DNA of 64,000 nucleotides from an uncultured Lachnospiraceae bacterium (GCA_964483545.1 CAZACC010000001.1:5883-69882); one strand, 5' to 3'; shown: positions 27,684 to 37,830, counted from the first letter of the stretch. Numbers and translations are program-made. The notes: a model not told the origin generated them from the letters alone.

Positions 27684-29897
27684 ATGCAAAGAGCAGACAT
27701 GCTAGGTGAGAGACTGGTCAGATCCGGTTATATCAGCAGGGAACAGCTGGAATATGCAGTTTATCGTCAGAAGGAGCTGGGCGGTAAACTGGGTGATATT
27801 TTAGTTGCGGAAAGATATCTGACAGACAAAGAGTTATCTGATTTTATATTTGAAAGTAAAAGCACAAAAATAGGGGAACTTCTGCTGCAGGAGAGATATA
27901 TCACGGAGAGACAGCTGGCTCAGGCGTTGGACTATCAGAAACGTAATGGGGGTCGTATCGGAGATATCTGTGTAGCATTTGGATATGTAAGTGAAGAAAA
28001 GCTTAAAAGAATCATGAACAAACGAAAAAGAGCGCACAGTAAGCTTGGAGAGACACTTATTCAAAAAGAAATCATCAGCGAGGAACAGCTGGATGATGTA
28101 GTTGAGATGCAGCAACGAAGTGGCGGAAAACTTGGCGAGATCTTGTTATTCATGGGATATGTTACGGAAGAAGATCTATATCGTGAACTGGCAAATCAGT
28201 CAGAAATGGGTCGTACTGGAGAAGATAATGGATTGGGTGTTACGGAAAGGCTTCCTTTTGCGCTTGCGACAAAATATAATGCTGTAGTGATTAATAAAAG
28301 GGGTAGTGTCTGTGTAGTAGCTGTAGCCAGTCAATTACCTGAAGATGGGGTTAGAGAAATTGAAAAATTTCTTGGAAAGAAAACGGAGCAGGTATTGGCA
28401 ACCCAAGGTGAAATGAATCAATATTGGGATATCATATATAGAAGAAAGCAGAAACATCAAAGTATATTCGACCTGTACGATTCCCAGCCCGATAACTCAG
28501 CAATCGTTACATTCACATCAAAGCAGTTGGGAGTATTGATTGCAATCGGAGTGTTGCTTGTGTCAGGGTTAATCTTGAACTGGAGAGTAACGCTGTTTTC
28601 AATTAATATCTTTTTTCAGGTACTTTATGCGATCATGACTATATTGAAGCTTTGGATTGTATTAAAAGGAGAGAGAAAAAACACTCAGATTAAGTACAGT
28701 GCAAAGCGTCTTTCAGAGATAGATGAAACCAAGCTACCGATTTATACATTATTAATTCCGGTGTATAAAGAAACGGAGGTTCTGAAGCAGCTGATTTATA
28801 ATATAGAGCAATTAGATTACCCGAAGTATAAGCTTGATGTCAGAATTTTACTGGAAGAGGATGATCGGGAAACAATAGAGTTGGTAAGAACCATGAATCT
28901 ACCGAGCTGTTATAGTTCTATTGTAGTGCCGTCTTCCGCACCTCAGACAAAACCAAAAGCTTGTAACTATGGTCTGATACATGCAAAGGGCGAGTATGTG
29001 GTCATTTATGATGCAGAAGACAGACCTGAACCAGATCAGCTGAAAAAGGCATATTTGGCATTTCAGGAGCTACCGGAAGAATATGTATGCATTCAAGCAA
29101 AACTGAATTATTTTAACAGTAACCAAAACTTTTTAACTAAACTGTTTACCCAGGAGTATAGTATGTGGTTTGAACTGCTGCTGGTAGGAATCATGCAGAT
29201 GGATGTGCCAGTGCCCTTGGGTGAAACATCTAATCATTTCAAGATCAGTTTTCTGAAAGAGGTAGGAGGATGGGATCCCTTCAATGTTACAGAGGATGCG
29301 GATCTAGGAATCCGGCTGTTCAAGTTTGATTATAAAACAGCGATTCTTGATTCACGGACATGGGAAGAAGCTAATTCGAATGTAATTAACTGGATCAGAC
29401 AACGCTCCCGTTGGATAAAGGGGTATATGCAGACATGGCTGGTACATATGCGCCATCCAGTCACATTATACAAAACTCTTGGATTGAGAGGATTTGTCGG
29501 ATATCAGGCAATGATATTAGGCACACCGCTGCTTCCTTTAATCAATCCGATATTTTGGTTTATGATGGTTTTATGGTATACTACTGGAGCAGGATGGATA
29601 CAGGAATTATTTCCCGGCGTATTTTATTATCTGGCTGCCTTTCAATTGATATTTGGGAATTTCATGTTTACCTATATTAATATTATGGGTATGTATAGTG
29701 TAATCAGAGATTGTGCCTTGAAGAAAAAAAGTGTATTTTCATATAAACTGATCAAGTATGCACTATTTACGCCAATATATTGGTTATTAATGAGTATTGC
29801 TTCCTATAAAGCATTGTTTCAATTACTGTCGAACCCATTTTATTGGGAAAAGACGCACCATGGATTATCTGAAGAGGAGGGCGAAGGAGAAACATGA
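27684..29897 (+). CDS. processive family 2 glycosyltransferase (exopolysaccharide synthase) with three N-terminal MshEN/T2SSE_N-type modules
   Basis: Residues 6-172 carry six 24-residue xLGxxLLxxGyIxxxxLxxxLxxQ motifs, paired through 5-residue xxxGG spacers. The T2SSE_N alpha/beta part follows (LPFALATKYNAVVI). The TM/GT2 core has IYDAEDRP, VTEDADLG and RQRSRWIKG. Confidence 0.8.
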   Translation: MQRADMLGERLVRSGYISREQLEYAVYRQKELGGKLGDILVAERYLTDKELSDFIFESKSTKIGELLLQERYITERQLAQALDYQKRNGGRIGDICVAFGYVSEEKLKRIMNKRKRAHSKLGETLIQKEIISEEQLDDVVEMQQRSGGKLGEILLFMGYVTEEDLYRELANQSEMGRTGEDNGLGVTERLPFALATKYNAVVINKRGSVCVVAVASQLPEDGVREIEKFLGKKTEQVLATQGEMNQYWDIIYRRKQKHQSIFDLYDSQPDNSAIVTFTSKQLGVLIAIGVLLVSGLILNWRVTLFSINIFFQVLYAIMTILKLWIVLKGERKNTQIKYSAKRLSEIDETKLPIYTLLIPVYKETEVLKQLIYNIEQLDYPKYKLDVRILLEEDDRETIELVRTMNLPSCYSSIVVPSSAPQTKPKACNYGLIHAKGEYVVIYDAEDRPEPDQLKKAYLAFQELPEEYVCIQAKLNYFNSNQNFLTKLFTQEYSMWFELLLVGIMQMDVPVPLGETSNHFKISFLKEVGGWDPFNVTEDADLGIRLFKFDYKTAILDSRTWEEANSNVINWIRQRSRWIKGYMQTWLVHMRHPVTLYKTLGLRGFVGYQAMILGTPLLPLINPIFWFMMVLWYTTGAGWIQELFPGVFYYLAAFQLIFGNFMFTYINIMGMYSVIRDCALKKKSVFSYKLIKYALFTPIYWLLMSIASYKALFQLLSNPFYWEKTHHGLSEEEGEGET

Positions 29898-32167
29898 TCA
29901 ATAAAGTACAGCAGTGGCTTCTATATACAGTATGGGTGATCACAGTATTTTTAGTTTTATCGGTAATGAAGGAAACGGTATATGCAGCTGAAGTAGGCTA
30001 TGTAGATCTGCAATTGTTTGAGAAAACAAAAAAAATGGACATGCCTAAAAATACGGCTTCATATTGGTTCACTTTACCAGAAGGTACAATGGTAGATGAG
30101 AACAGCTATCTGATGCTGAATATGAAATTATCCAATACATTGATATATGAGCGTTCCAGCATTACACTGGAGATTAATGAGACAGCATTGGAGACTCAAT
30201 GGCTTCTTGATCTGCAGGAGGATACTGTACGTTCATGGAAGGTGGAGATACCTGTAGATGTGCTGAAAATAGGAGAATTAAATGAACTGAAAATTATTAC
30301 AACTCAACGATCGATAGAAGGAGACTGTGCAGATATAGATAATCCAAGTAACTGGATTAATATATTAAATACATCATATCTTCATATCGCAATAGATAAG
30401 TTTGCAGCACCCAGAATTAATAATCTATATACGTTTCTCTATGATGGTCTTGGGAATAAGGGAACTCTTGAGAACGAATATATATTACCAAAGACAGTGA
30501 CAGATGATCAGATAGAGGGAATGTTTCAGATCTCATCAGCAGTCGGTATGTACTATCCGTATAATGATAATTTGAGTTACTGTGTGTCAACGGGGGCACC
30601 ATCTTCTTCGGAGATCAAGAATAAATATTTTATTGGTTATGATAACAGCTACTCGGAAGATCAGGGAATTACATTTCCTTCTGCACCAATGTCGGAAAAT
30701 ATGGGGTATATTTCAGTTGCGGACAAAACTACGACAGCTCCCTATTATAAAACTCTGATCGTCGGGAAAGATGCCGTTGGATTACAAAAGGCTGTTCAAT
30801 TCTTCTGTGTTAAGGATTTCATGGAAGAAATAACAGGTACACAGATAACGGTCGTAAGTGATCTGGCAACACTACAAAATAAAAACATTCGTCAGGAAGC
30901 TGAAAAAAAAGAATCAGGATATTATAAGCTGGATGATTTCGGATATGATTCGGTCAATCTTGTAGGAGCCTTTCATCAGAGCACAAATTTCTCGTTCTTA
31001 CAGCCAGACGGAATACAAAGTGGAGATGATTCCTACATATTAGTCAGATTCCGACATTCAAAGGCGCTGGAATCAGATCATTCTCTCATGACGGTATATT
31101 TTGATGAGATTGCTGCGGGCAGTGTCAAGCTTTCAGCTTCCAATGCGGATTATGGAGAAATCAAAGTCACAATACCAGATGAATGCCTGAAAAAAAATAC
31201 GATTAATGTAAAGATAGACTGCTATAACTATCTTGGAAAAATTGATTGTTCGAAGGATTATTATGATACTGCATGGACTGTGATTGATAAAGCTACGGAA
31301 ATATACTTTGAACCAGGTGATACAGGTGTTATTCCGACCTTGGCCAATACACCATCTTTTTATTCAAATGGCAATCAGAACAGTATTGTGATGGGGTTAT
31401 CAAAACAACCCTCAGAACAGCAACTGGCAATGGCATGTGAGTTGGCAACTAGGGCAGGACAGAACAACAGAGAAGCTATTTCATGGTCTTTATGCAGGGA
31501 TTGTGGGAAACTTACCGAGGAAGAGACGAAGCAGGATATGATCTTCCTGCAGCAAAATGATGATATCAGCCTCCCAGCGGAAGTTCAGACGGAACTTGGA
31601 ATTGTTCCGCTTGGAGAATACAAGTATTCAATTGCGGGAGATGTTCCTGTAACAGCAGAGATGCTGGCCGGAAAGATTATTGTACAGGTAATCCGTTCTC
31701 CGTGGGACTTTGAGAAGAGAATTTATACCATTACATATAGTGAAGGGGCATCGGAAACATTAGATCAAGTACTTTCTGATAAAGCTATCATAGAAAAGCT
31801 GACAGGGCAGATTGCATTAATTGATCCGACGGGAAAGGTCACAAATTATGAACGTATAGATACCAATCAAAAGGAAGAAAAGGTGCCCGTCACATGGGAG
31901 AGAATAAAGTATCTGGTAGAAAAAAGAACTGGCGTTTCAATCTGGATCGTGATAGGCGCAGCAGCCTTGATTATCATAGCAATCATAGTTTTATTCCGAG
32001 TGATCGGAAACAGGAAGCGGTTTAAACAGGCGGCAAAAAACATGGAACGTGCAAATCAAAAAAGAGACACGACATCGGAGCAAAATGAAGATTTTCCGAT
32101 GGATGAAGAGGAAATCGTATATAAATTTCAGGAGTATGGAGATCATTATCCTGAGGATGAAGAATAA
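29894..32167 (+). CDS. BcsB-like extracytoplasmic synthase partner (N-terminal signal/anchor, C-terminal TM anchor)
   Basis: 4-nt overlap with the synthase gene. A large extracytoplasmic region is followed by one C-terminal TM (VSIWIVIGAAALIIIAIIVLF) and an acidic tail, which is BcsB-like topology. One segment (YLMLNMKLSNTLIYERSSITLEINETAL) resembles the BcsB repeat pattern. Confidence 0.45.
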   Translation: MINKVQQWLLYTVWVITVFLVLSVMKETVYAAEVGYVDLQLFEKTKKMDMPKNTASYWFTLPEGTMVDENSYLMLNMKLSNTLIYERSSITLEINETALETQWLLDLQEDTVRSWKVEIPVDVLKIGELNELKIITTQRSIEGDCADIDNPSNWINILNTSYLHIAIDKFAAPRINNLYTFLYDGLGNKGTLENEYILPKTVTDDQIEGMFQISSAVGMYYPYNDNLSYCVSTGAPSSSEIKNKYFIGYDNSYSEDQGITFPSAPMSENMGYISVADKTTTAPYYKTLIVGKDAVGLQKAVQFFCVKDFMEEITGTQITVVSDLATLQNKNIRQEAEKKESGYYKLDDFGYDSVNLVGAFHQSTNFSFLQPDGIQSGDDSYILVRFRHSKALESDHSLMTVYFDEIAAGSVKLSASNADYGEIKVTIPDECLKKNTINVKIDCYNYLGKIDCSKDYYDTAWTVIDKATEIYFEPGDTGVIPTLANTPSFYSNGNQNSIVMGLSKQPSEQQLAMACELATRAGQNNREAISWSLCRDCGKLTEEETKQDMIFLQQNDDISLPAEVQTELGIVPLGEYKYSIAGDVPVTAEMLAGKIIVQVIRSPWDFEKRIYTITYSEGASETLDQVLSDKAIIEKLTGQIALIDPTGKVTNYERIDTNQKEEKVPVTWERIKYLVEKRTGVSIWIVIGAAALIIIAIIVLFRVIGNRKRFKQAAKNMERANQKRDTTSEQNEDFPMDEEEIVYKFQEYGDHYPEDEE

Positions 32168-32182
32168 CAGAAGGAGTAAGAG

Positions 32183-33100
32183 ATGGATAAACCAGTTTTG
32201 GTCATTATGGCAGCAGGAATGGGGAGCCGATATGGAGGTTTGAAACAGATTGATCCTGTAGACAAGGAGGGGCACAAAATCATAGATTTTTCTATCTATG
32301 ATGCCGTAAGAGCAGGATTTCAAAAGGTAATCTTTATTATTAAGAAGGAAAATGAGGCAGACTTTCGAACCTGTATTGGGGATGTAGTCAAGGGACAGAT
32401 TGAGGTAGAGTATATTTATCAGGAACTGACAGATATTCCACAGGGCTGTACCATCCCAGAGGGGCGTGCAAAGCCTTGGGGCACGGCTCATGCGATTTTA
32501 AGCTGTAGAAATGTAATCAATGGATCTTTTGCAGTCATTAATGCAGATGATTATTATGGCAGAGAGGCTTTCCAGGCAATTTATGATTATATGGCGGTTA
32601 CAACGGATGATGAGAAATATCGTTATGCAATGGTAGGCTATGAGCTTGGAAAGACATTGACAGAGAATGGATATGTATCCAGAGGTGTCTGTGAGACCGA
32701 TGTAGATTCATATTTAACTGATCTTGTGGAACGTACACATATTGAAAAGACTGCTGAAGGTGCGATCTATACAGAGGATGACATACATTATACAGAGATA
32801 TCAACAGACAGTCTGGTATCCATGAATATGTGGGGTTTTTCTAAGAGCTTTATGAAGGAGGCAGAAATTGCGTTTGAGAAGTTCTTTCAGGAAGAAGTAT
32901 CAGAGAATCCCTTGAAGGCAGAGTGTTATCTGCCATCAGTCGTAGATAGTCTGCTCAAGGTGGGAAAGGCGACTGTTAAAGTGCTTTATTCTAAAGACCG
33001 CTGGTTTGGTGTAACGTACAAAGAAGATAAACCTTTTGTAATGGAGTCAATCGCGGCATTGAAGGCAAGCGGCGTCTATCCGCAGAAGCTGTGGGGTTAA
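32183..33100 (+). CDS. sugar-phosphate nucleotidyltransferase
   Basis: N-terminal pyrophosphorylase loop VIMAAGMGSRYGGLKQ and NADDYYG, in a GT-A-like nucleotidyltransferase fold pattern. Confidence 0.7.
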   Translation: MDKPVLVIMAAGMGSRYGGLKQIDPVDKEGHKIIDFSIYDAVRAGFQKVIFIIKKENEADFRTCIGDVVKGQIEVEYIYQELTDIPQGCTIPEGRAKPWGTAHAILSCRNVINGSFAVINADDYYGREAFQAIYDYMAVTTDDEKYRYAMVGYELGKTLTENGYVSRGVCETDVDSYLTDLVERTHIEKTAEGAIYTEDDIHYTEISTDSLVSMNMWGFSKSFMKEAEIAFEKFFQEEVSENPLKAECYLPSVVDSLLKVGKATVKVLYSKDRWFGVTYKEDKPFVMESIAALKASGVYPQKLWG

Positions 33101-34137
33101 TGAAAGATTGATTCGTAATCGTATTGCATTGCGTAATCATACATATGAATCAACGTATCATAATAGTTGTCTTTTGTCAGTTCATGCCTTCCGTCACGCA
33201 TATCTTCGTATAGCATATAGCTGATTTCCTGTGAAAAATGGGAATAGTCACGATAATGATTGAGATCGGTAATAATGTCTGTATCATCTTGAAAATAGAA
33301 GATACGGACATTTTCATATTCTAATAAAGATTCAAAGACATTGATCATTGCAGATACTTCAGCAGCAGCTTCACCACGTCTCGTGCTGTCATCCCAGAAT
33401 AAGATACTATAAGGAGGACAGTAAAAATAGAATTCTACATCAGGACGAGCTTCGATATAGGGCGTAATGGATGCAATAAAGTGATTGCTGTAGTCCATGT
33501 AGGTATCGTAATTTTTTTCGGGCAATATCTGCAGACTTCTCTGTGTATTATAGATACCGAGAACAGTCGACTGATTAAATTGATACTTATGTGCCCATGA
33601 ATAAGCATTGTCAGCGCTGTAATGTTCCCACTTATTATTGATGAGAAATTCGGGCAGATACTCAAATAGAACATCTTTATTCCAGATATAATATACATCA
33701 TTCAGATAATTATGATCGGATAGATAATATGGAATGGTAGTTGGATAATCTCCAGGAACATTTGTCAACAGGTAGGTGTCCATGGAAAAAAGTACATTTT
33801 TCACATGATCCTGCTGCAGTACTTCGTTGAACATGATATCATAATCATCGAAATGTGCACCCTGTAGGCAAAGCTTGACACACCTTTCTCCAAATACGCC
33901 GTCTTCGAACCAGGATTCCTTGAAGTTTTCACTCATGGAAGAACCAATCAGAGCAGTATCATAATCCATGTTGCGGGCGACACCAATCAGTGCATAACGC
34001 TCCTCAGTCTCTACTGCTGCTAATTTGCCAAGCGGTGCATGATAGTGAATAAAAGGGTCAACAATCACTACTGCAGCAGCAATCATGAGCAGTATTCCAG
34101 CAATCCATGCAATTGTAGTGAGTGCAAATTTTTTCAT
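33097..34137 (-). CDS. membrane-anchored DltD/SGNH-like protein (MBOAT partner)
   Basis: Start trimmed to MKKFALTT, preceded by AAGAGG. An N-terminal anchor, a Ser block (ALIGSSMSENF) and a C-terminal DxxH-like block (YRDYSHFS) are present. It lies directly downstream of an MBOAT gene. Confidence 0.45.
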   Translation of the reverse strand: MKKFALTTIAWIAGILLMIAAAVVIVDPFIHYHAPLGKLAAVETEERYALIGVARNMDYDTALIGSSMSENFKESWFEDGVFGERCVKLCLQGAHFDDYDIMFNEVLQQDHVKNVLFSMDTYLLTNVPGDYPTTIPYYLSDHNYLNDVYYIWNKDVLFEYLPEFLINNKWEHYSADNAYSWAHKYQFNQSTVLGIYNTQRSLQILPEKNYDTYMDYSNHFIASITPYIEARPDVEFYFYCPPYSILFWDDSTRRGEAAAEVSAMINVFESLLEYENVRIFYFQDDTDIITDLNHYRDYSHFSQEISYMLYEDMRDGRHELTKDNYYDTLIHMYDYAMQYDYESIFH

Positions 34138-34147
34138 AATAGCCTCT

Positions 34148-35617
34148 TTAAAAATTAACATACAGGAAGGTTCCTACCTCCGAGAAGGAAAGAACAGACC
34201 AGATGAACAGTAGAATCAAGGTGAACATGGTACGTTTATTTGGTTGGAAAGTGGCTGCCCTCTGTCGGATGTTTTTCATGCATGTTCCTGCAATCAAAGC
34301 AAATAGAAGAAAGGCGATTAACAGAACACTGCCCGTATAGTATACAGAGAGGGGTCTGTAGTGCAGCACAATTTTCTGAATCAGGTTGAATTCACTTGGC
34401 AGTACTGTGGCAACCATATCTGCAGAAATTGGCGTAAATCGAAAGGAAATCAGCTGTTGAAGCATCATGTTGGCATAGGTAATGTCTTCTGCTCTGAAGT
34501 AAACCCATGCGATATTTATAAACAGGAAAGTACCGAGCCACCTGAGAAAGGACGGAACCTTCTGCATAAAGCTTTTGCATAGTTTACTGAGACAGATACC
34601 AATTCCATGCAGGATGCCCCAGAGGATAAAAGTGAATGCAGCACCGTGCCATAAGCCGCTGAGCAGGAAAATCAGGAACATATTCAGATAAGTTCGAACC
34701 TTTCCTTTACGATTGCCACCAAGTGGAAAGTAAACATAAACCCGAAAAAAACGAGTCAGCGTGATATGCCAGCGTTTCCAGAATTCATCAATTGATTTTG
34801 CTTTATAGGGAGAATCGAAGTTATCTATCAAATCTATATTCAGTATCAGACAGATACCAGAGGCCATATCACAGTAGCCGCTGAAGTCAAAATAAATTTG
34901 CAGAGTATAGGATAAAATAACGATCAGAGAATTCAGCGTTCCAAGAGATGGAATATTGATGTAACCCCAGTCGACAATGGAACCAAGGTTATCAGCCAAC
35001 AACATTTTTTTTGCAAGACCAAAGGAAAAAGCCAGCATACCTTTGGAAATATTTTCATAATTCAAGGATTTTTTATTCACATCGTTAAACTGGGGGATTA
35101 GCTCATTGTGAAATACGATTGGACCTTGTGTAATTTTTGGGAAAAATGAAACAAATAATGCATAGTCCAGTATTCGATAGCGAATGGAGGAATCACGATA
35201 GCTGTCGACGATAAAAGCAATTTGCTGGAAAGTGAAAAAGCTGATGCCAAGCGGCAGGAGTAGATTACGAAGTAATAAAGAGGTTCCTAAATGCTGATTC
35301 AGAGTTATTGAGAAAAAATCCAGATACTTGAATATGAATAAAGCACCAAGATTGATGCAAATGCCTGCAATCAGAATGATTTTTTTCGGGACTGATTGGT
35401 GAACATGGTCAAATAGAAAAACAATAAAGTAATTTAATAGAATGCTGATTAGAATGACGGGAAGAAATGCGATATTGGTATATGCATAAAACCATAATGA
35501 CATGCCAAGCAGGAACAGCTTGGCAAAATCATAATGGTTTGTTTTGTTGATTGTATAGTAGCCAATTACCGATATTGGCAAAAAGACCAGTACAAACAGA
35601 AAAGAATTGAATATCAT
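34148..35617 (-). CDS. MBOAT family O-acyltransferase (AlgI/DltB-like)
   Basis: LPLGISFFTFQQIAFIVDSYR, FDFSGYCDMA, FWKRWHITLTRFFRVYVYFPLGGNR and SGLWHGA. Confidence 0.85.
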   Translation of the reverse strand: MIFNSFLFVLVFLPISVIGYYTINKTNHYDFAKLFLLGMSLWFYAYTNIAFLPVILISILLNYFIVFLFDHVHQSVPKKIILIAGICINLGALFIFKYLDFFSITLNQHLGTSLLLRNLLLPLGISFFTFQQIAFIVDSYRDSSIRYRILDYALFVSFFPKITQGPIVFHNELIPQFNDVNKKSLNYENISKGMLAFSFGLAKKMLLADNLGSIVDWGYINIPSLGTLNSLIVILSYTLQIYFDFSGYCDMASGICLILNIDLIDNFDSPYKAKSIDEFWKRWHITLTRFFRVYVYFPLGGNRKGKVRTYLNMFLIFLLSGLWHGAAFTFILWGILHGIGICLSKLCKSFMQKVPSFLRWLGTFLFINIAWVYFRAEDITYANMMLQQLISFRFTPISADMVATVLPSEFNLIQKIVLHYRPLSVYYTGSVLLIAFLLFALIAGTCMKNIRQRAATFQPNKRTMFTLILLFIWSVLSFSEVGTFLYVNF

Positions 35618-35805
35618 AGTTTTCTCCGTGGAAGTAACATGTATCTTATTTTATACAAACCTCCATAGATATTATAGTGAAGTGTATGCTAAAAATCCAG
35701 TCTTTTCGAAAACTTTAGAATTCCTTTACAAACTACTTATTGATTTATGAGGAAAGAGTACCTATAATGAAATAGATGTTGTATGAAAGAAAATGGAGAA
35801 TAAAC

Positions 35806-37830
35806 ATGGATAATAATCATCCCAATCCTTCGGGAAATCAAGATAATGGAAATAAAGGGAACAATAATAAGAACCAGCCTCCCAAAAATAAACAGACGCT
35901 GCTCGTACTGCTGATAGCATCTCTGGTTACGCTGCTCTTCCTTTCCTATTTTAGAACAGTTGTATCTAAGGCATCGGAGCAGGAAATATCTTACAATGAG
36001 TTTATCGCCATGGTAGAAGAAGGAAAGGTGGATAAAGTTGTTGTAGATTCCGATCAGATTACAATCATACCGAAACAGCAGGATAATCCCTTGATGCCTT
36101 TGACCTACTATACAGGCGTGGTTGATGATCCTGAACGTTCGGATCGTTTATTAAAGGCGGGCGTTACCTATTCACAGGAAATACCAGATTCTTCTGGAAC
36201 AATCACGTATATTTTGGTCAGCTATGTGCTGCCTCTGGTGCTTGTATGGGTTGCTCTCAGCTTTTTAATGAAGCATATGAACAAGGGCGGAGGCGTGATG
36301 GGCGTCGGTAAGAGCAACGCTAAGGTTTATGTGGAAAAGGAAACAGGTGTTACCTTCAAAGATGTTGCAGGACAGGATGAGGCGAAGGAGTCTTTGCAGG
36401 AAGTAGTGGACTTTTTGCATAATCCAGGTAAGTATGTCCAGATTGGTGCAAAACTGCCAAAGGGAGCGTTGCTGGTAGGACCGCCTGGAACAGGTAAGAC
36501 ATTATTAGCAAAGGCTGTAGCGGGGGAAGCGCATGTTCCGTTCTTTTCACTTGCTGGATCGGATTTTGTAGAGATGTATGTGGGTGTCGGGGCTTCAAGA
36601 GTACGTGATTTGTTCAAGGAAGCGCAGAAAAGTGCACCATGTATTATTTTTATAGACGAAATTGATGCTATCGGCAAGAGTCGTGACAGCAGATACGGCG
36701 GTGGAAATGATGAGCGGGAGCAGACCTTGAATCAGCTGCTTTCTGAGATGGATGGATTTGATACTTCAAAGGGGCTGCTGATTCTGGCAGCGACGAACAG
36801 ACCTGAGATACTGGATAAAGCCTTATTAAGACCAGGTCGTTTTGATAGAAGAATTATCGTAGATAAGCCTGATTTGAAGGGTAGACGGGATACATTGCGT
36901 GTACACTCCAAGGATGTATTGATGGATGATACTGTGGATTTGGAAGAAATCGCACTTGCAACAGCAGGAGCGGTGGGATCTGATCTGGCCAATATGATTA
37001 ATGAAGCGGCCATTAATGCAGTAAAATGTGGTAGAAAGGTTGTAACACAGGCAGATCTGTTTGAGGCGATAGAGCTTGTTATGATGGGGAAAGAAAAGAA
37101 AGACAGCATCATGACGAAAGAAGAAAGAAGAATTGTGTCCTTTCATGAAATCGGTCATGCACTGGCAAGTGCGTTGCAGAAAAATACGGAACCAGTGCAG
37201 AAGATTACGATTGTTCCACGTACGATGGGCGCTTTGGGTTATGTATTACAGGTGCCTGAGGAGGAAAAGCATCTACTGAATAAAAAGGAATTGGAAGAAC
37301 GGCTGGTTACTTTCCTAGCAGGACGTGCCGCAGAGGAATTGGTTTTTGATTCTGTTACGACAGGGGCATCTAATGATATCGAAAAGGCTACAGAAATTGC
37401 AAGATCCATGGTAACACAGTATGGTATGTCAGAGAGGTTCGGTCTGATCAAGCTGGAGTCAGTGGAAGATAAATACCTGAGTGGCAGAACTGTTATGGAA
37501 TGTTCCGATTCAACAGCAGCGCAGATTGATTCTGAAATTATGATGATGCTAGATGGCTCTTATAAAAAAGCGAAGGAACTGCTGCAGGAGAATCTGGAAC
37601 TGTTGCATAAGCTAGCAGATTATCTGATTGAGAAAGAGACGATTACAGGAAAAGAATTTATGCAGATCTTCCGCAAGGAGAAGGGGCTGCCTGAACCGAA
37701 AACCAAAGAATCTGAAGAGATAAAGTCAGAAGAGCCAAAACAGGAAGAGCCAAAACAGGAAGAGCTAAAACAGGAAGAGCTAAAACAGGAAGAGCCAAAA
37801 CAGGAAGAGCAGCTAAACGAAGAAGTATAG
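35806..37830 (+). CDS. ftsH: ATP-dependent zinc metalloprotease FtsH
   Basis: [13 protein letters not shown], the IIFIDEIDA Walker B and the HEIGHA zinc site. Start trimmed to MDNNHPNP after GGAGA. Confidence 0.95.
   Translation: MDNNHPNPSGNQDNGNKGNNNKNQPPKNKQTLLVLLIASLVTLLFLSYFRTVVSKASEQEISYNEFIAMVEEGKVDKVVVDSDQITIIPKQQDNPLMPLTYYTGVVDDPERSDRLLKAGVTYSQEIPDSSGTITYILVSYVLPLVLVWVALSFLMKHMNKGGGVMGVGKSNAKVYVEKETGVTFKDVAGQDEAKESLQEVVDFLHNPGKYVQIGAKLPKGALLVGPPGTGKTLLAKAVAGEAHVPFFSLAGSDFVEMYVGVGASRVRDLFKEAQKSAPCIIFIDEIDAIGKSRDSRYGGGNDEREQTLNQLLSEMDGFDTSKGLLILAATNRPEILDKALLRPGRFDRRIIVDKPDLKGRRDTLRVHSKDVLMDDTVDLEEIALATAGAVGSDLANMINEAAINAVKCGRKVVTQADLFEAIELVMMGKEKKDSIMTKEERRIVSFHEIGHALASALQKNTEPVQKITIVPRTMGALGYVLQVPEEEKHLLNKKELEERLVTFLAGRAAEELVFDSVTTGASNDIEKATEIARSMVTQYGMSERFGLIKLESVEDKYLSGRTVMECSDSTAAQIDSEIMMMLDGSYKKAKELLQENLELLHKLADYLIEKETITGKEFMQIFRKEKGLPEPKTKESEEIKSEEPKQEEPKQEELKQEELKQEEPKQEEQLNEEV
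37729..37812 (+). repeat. 15-nt tandem repeat (about 5.6 copies) encoding ([10 protein letters not shown])n at the FtsH C-terminus
   Basis: GAAGAGCCAAAACAG and GAAGAGCTAAAACAG units start at 37729, 37744, 37759, 37774 and 37789, plus a partial copy. Confidence 0.9.

Noticed and set aside
31991-32491. 166-aa minus-strand ORF spanning the junction of the BcsB-like gene and the nucleotidyltransferase gene. A similar case is 52359..52772 across murB/rapZ.
   Set aside because: They overlap two well-supported plus-strand genes and have no recognisable motifs, so they are judged spurious.
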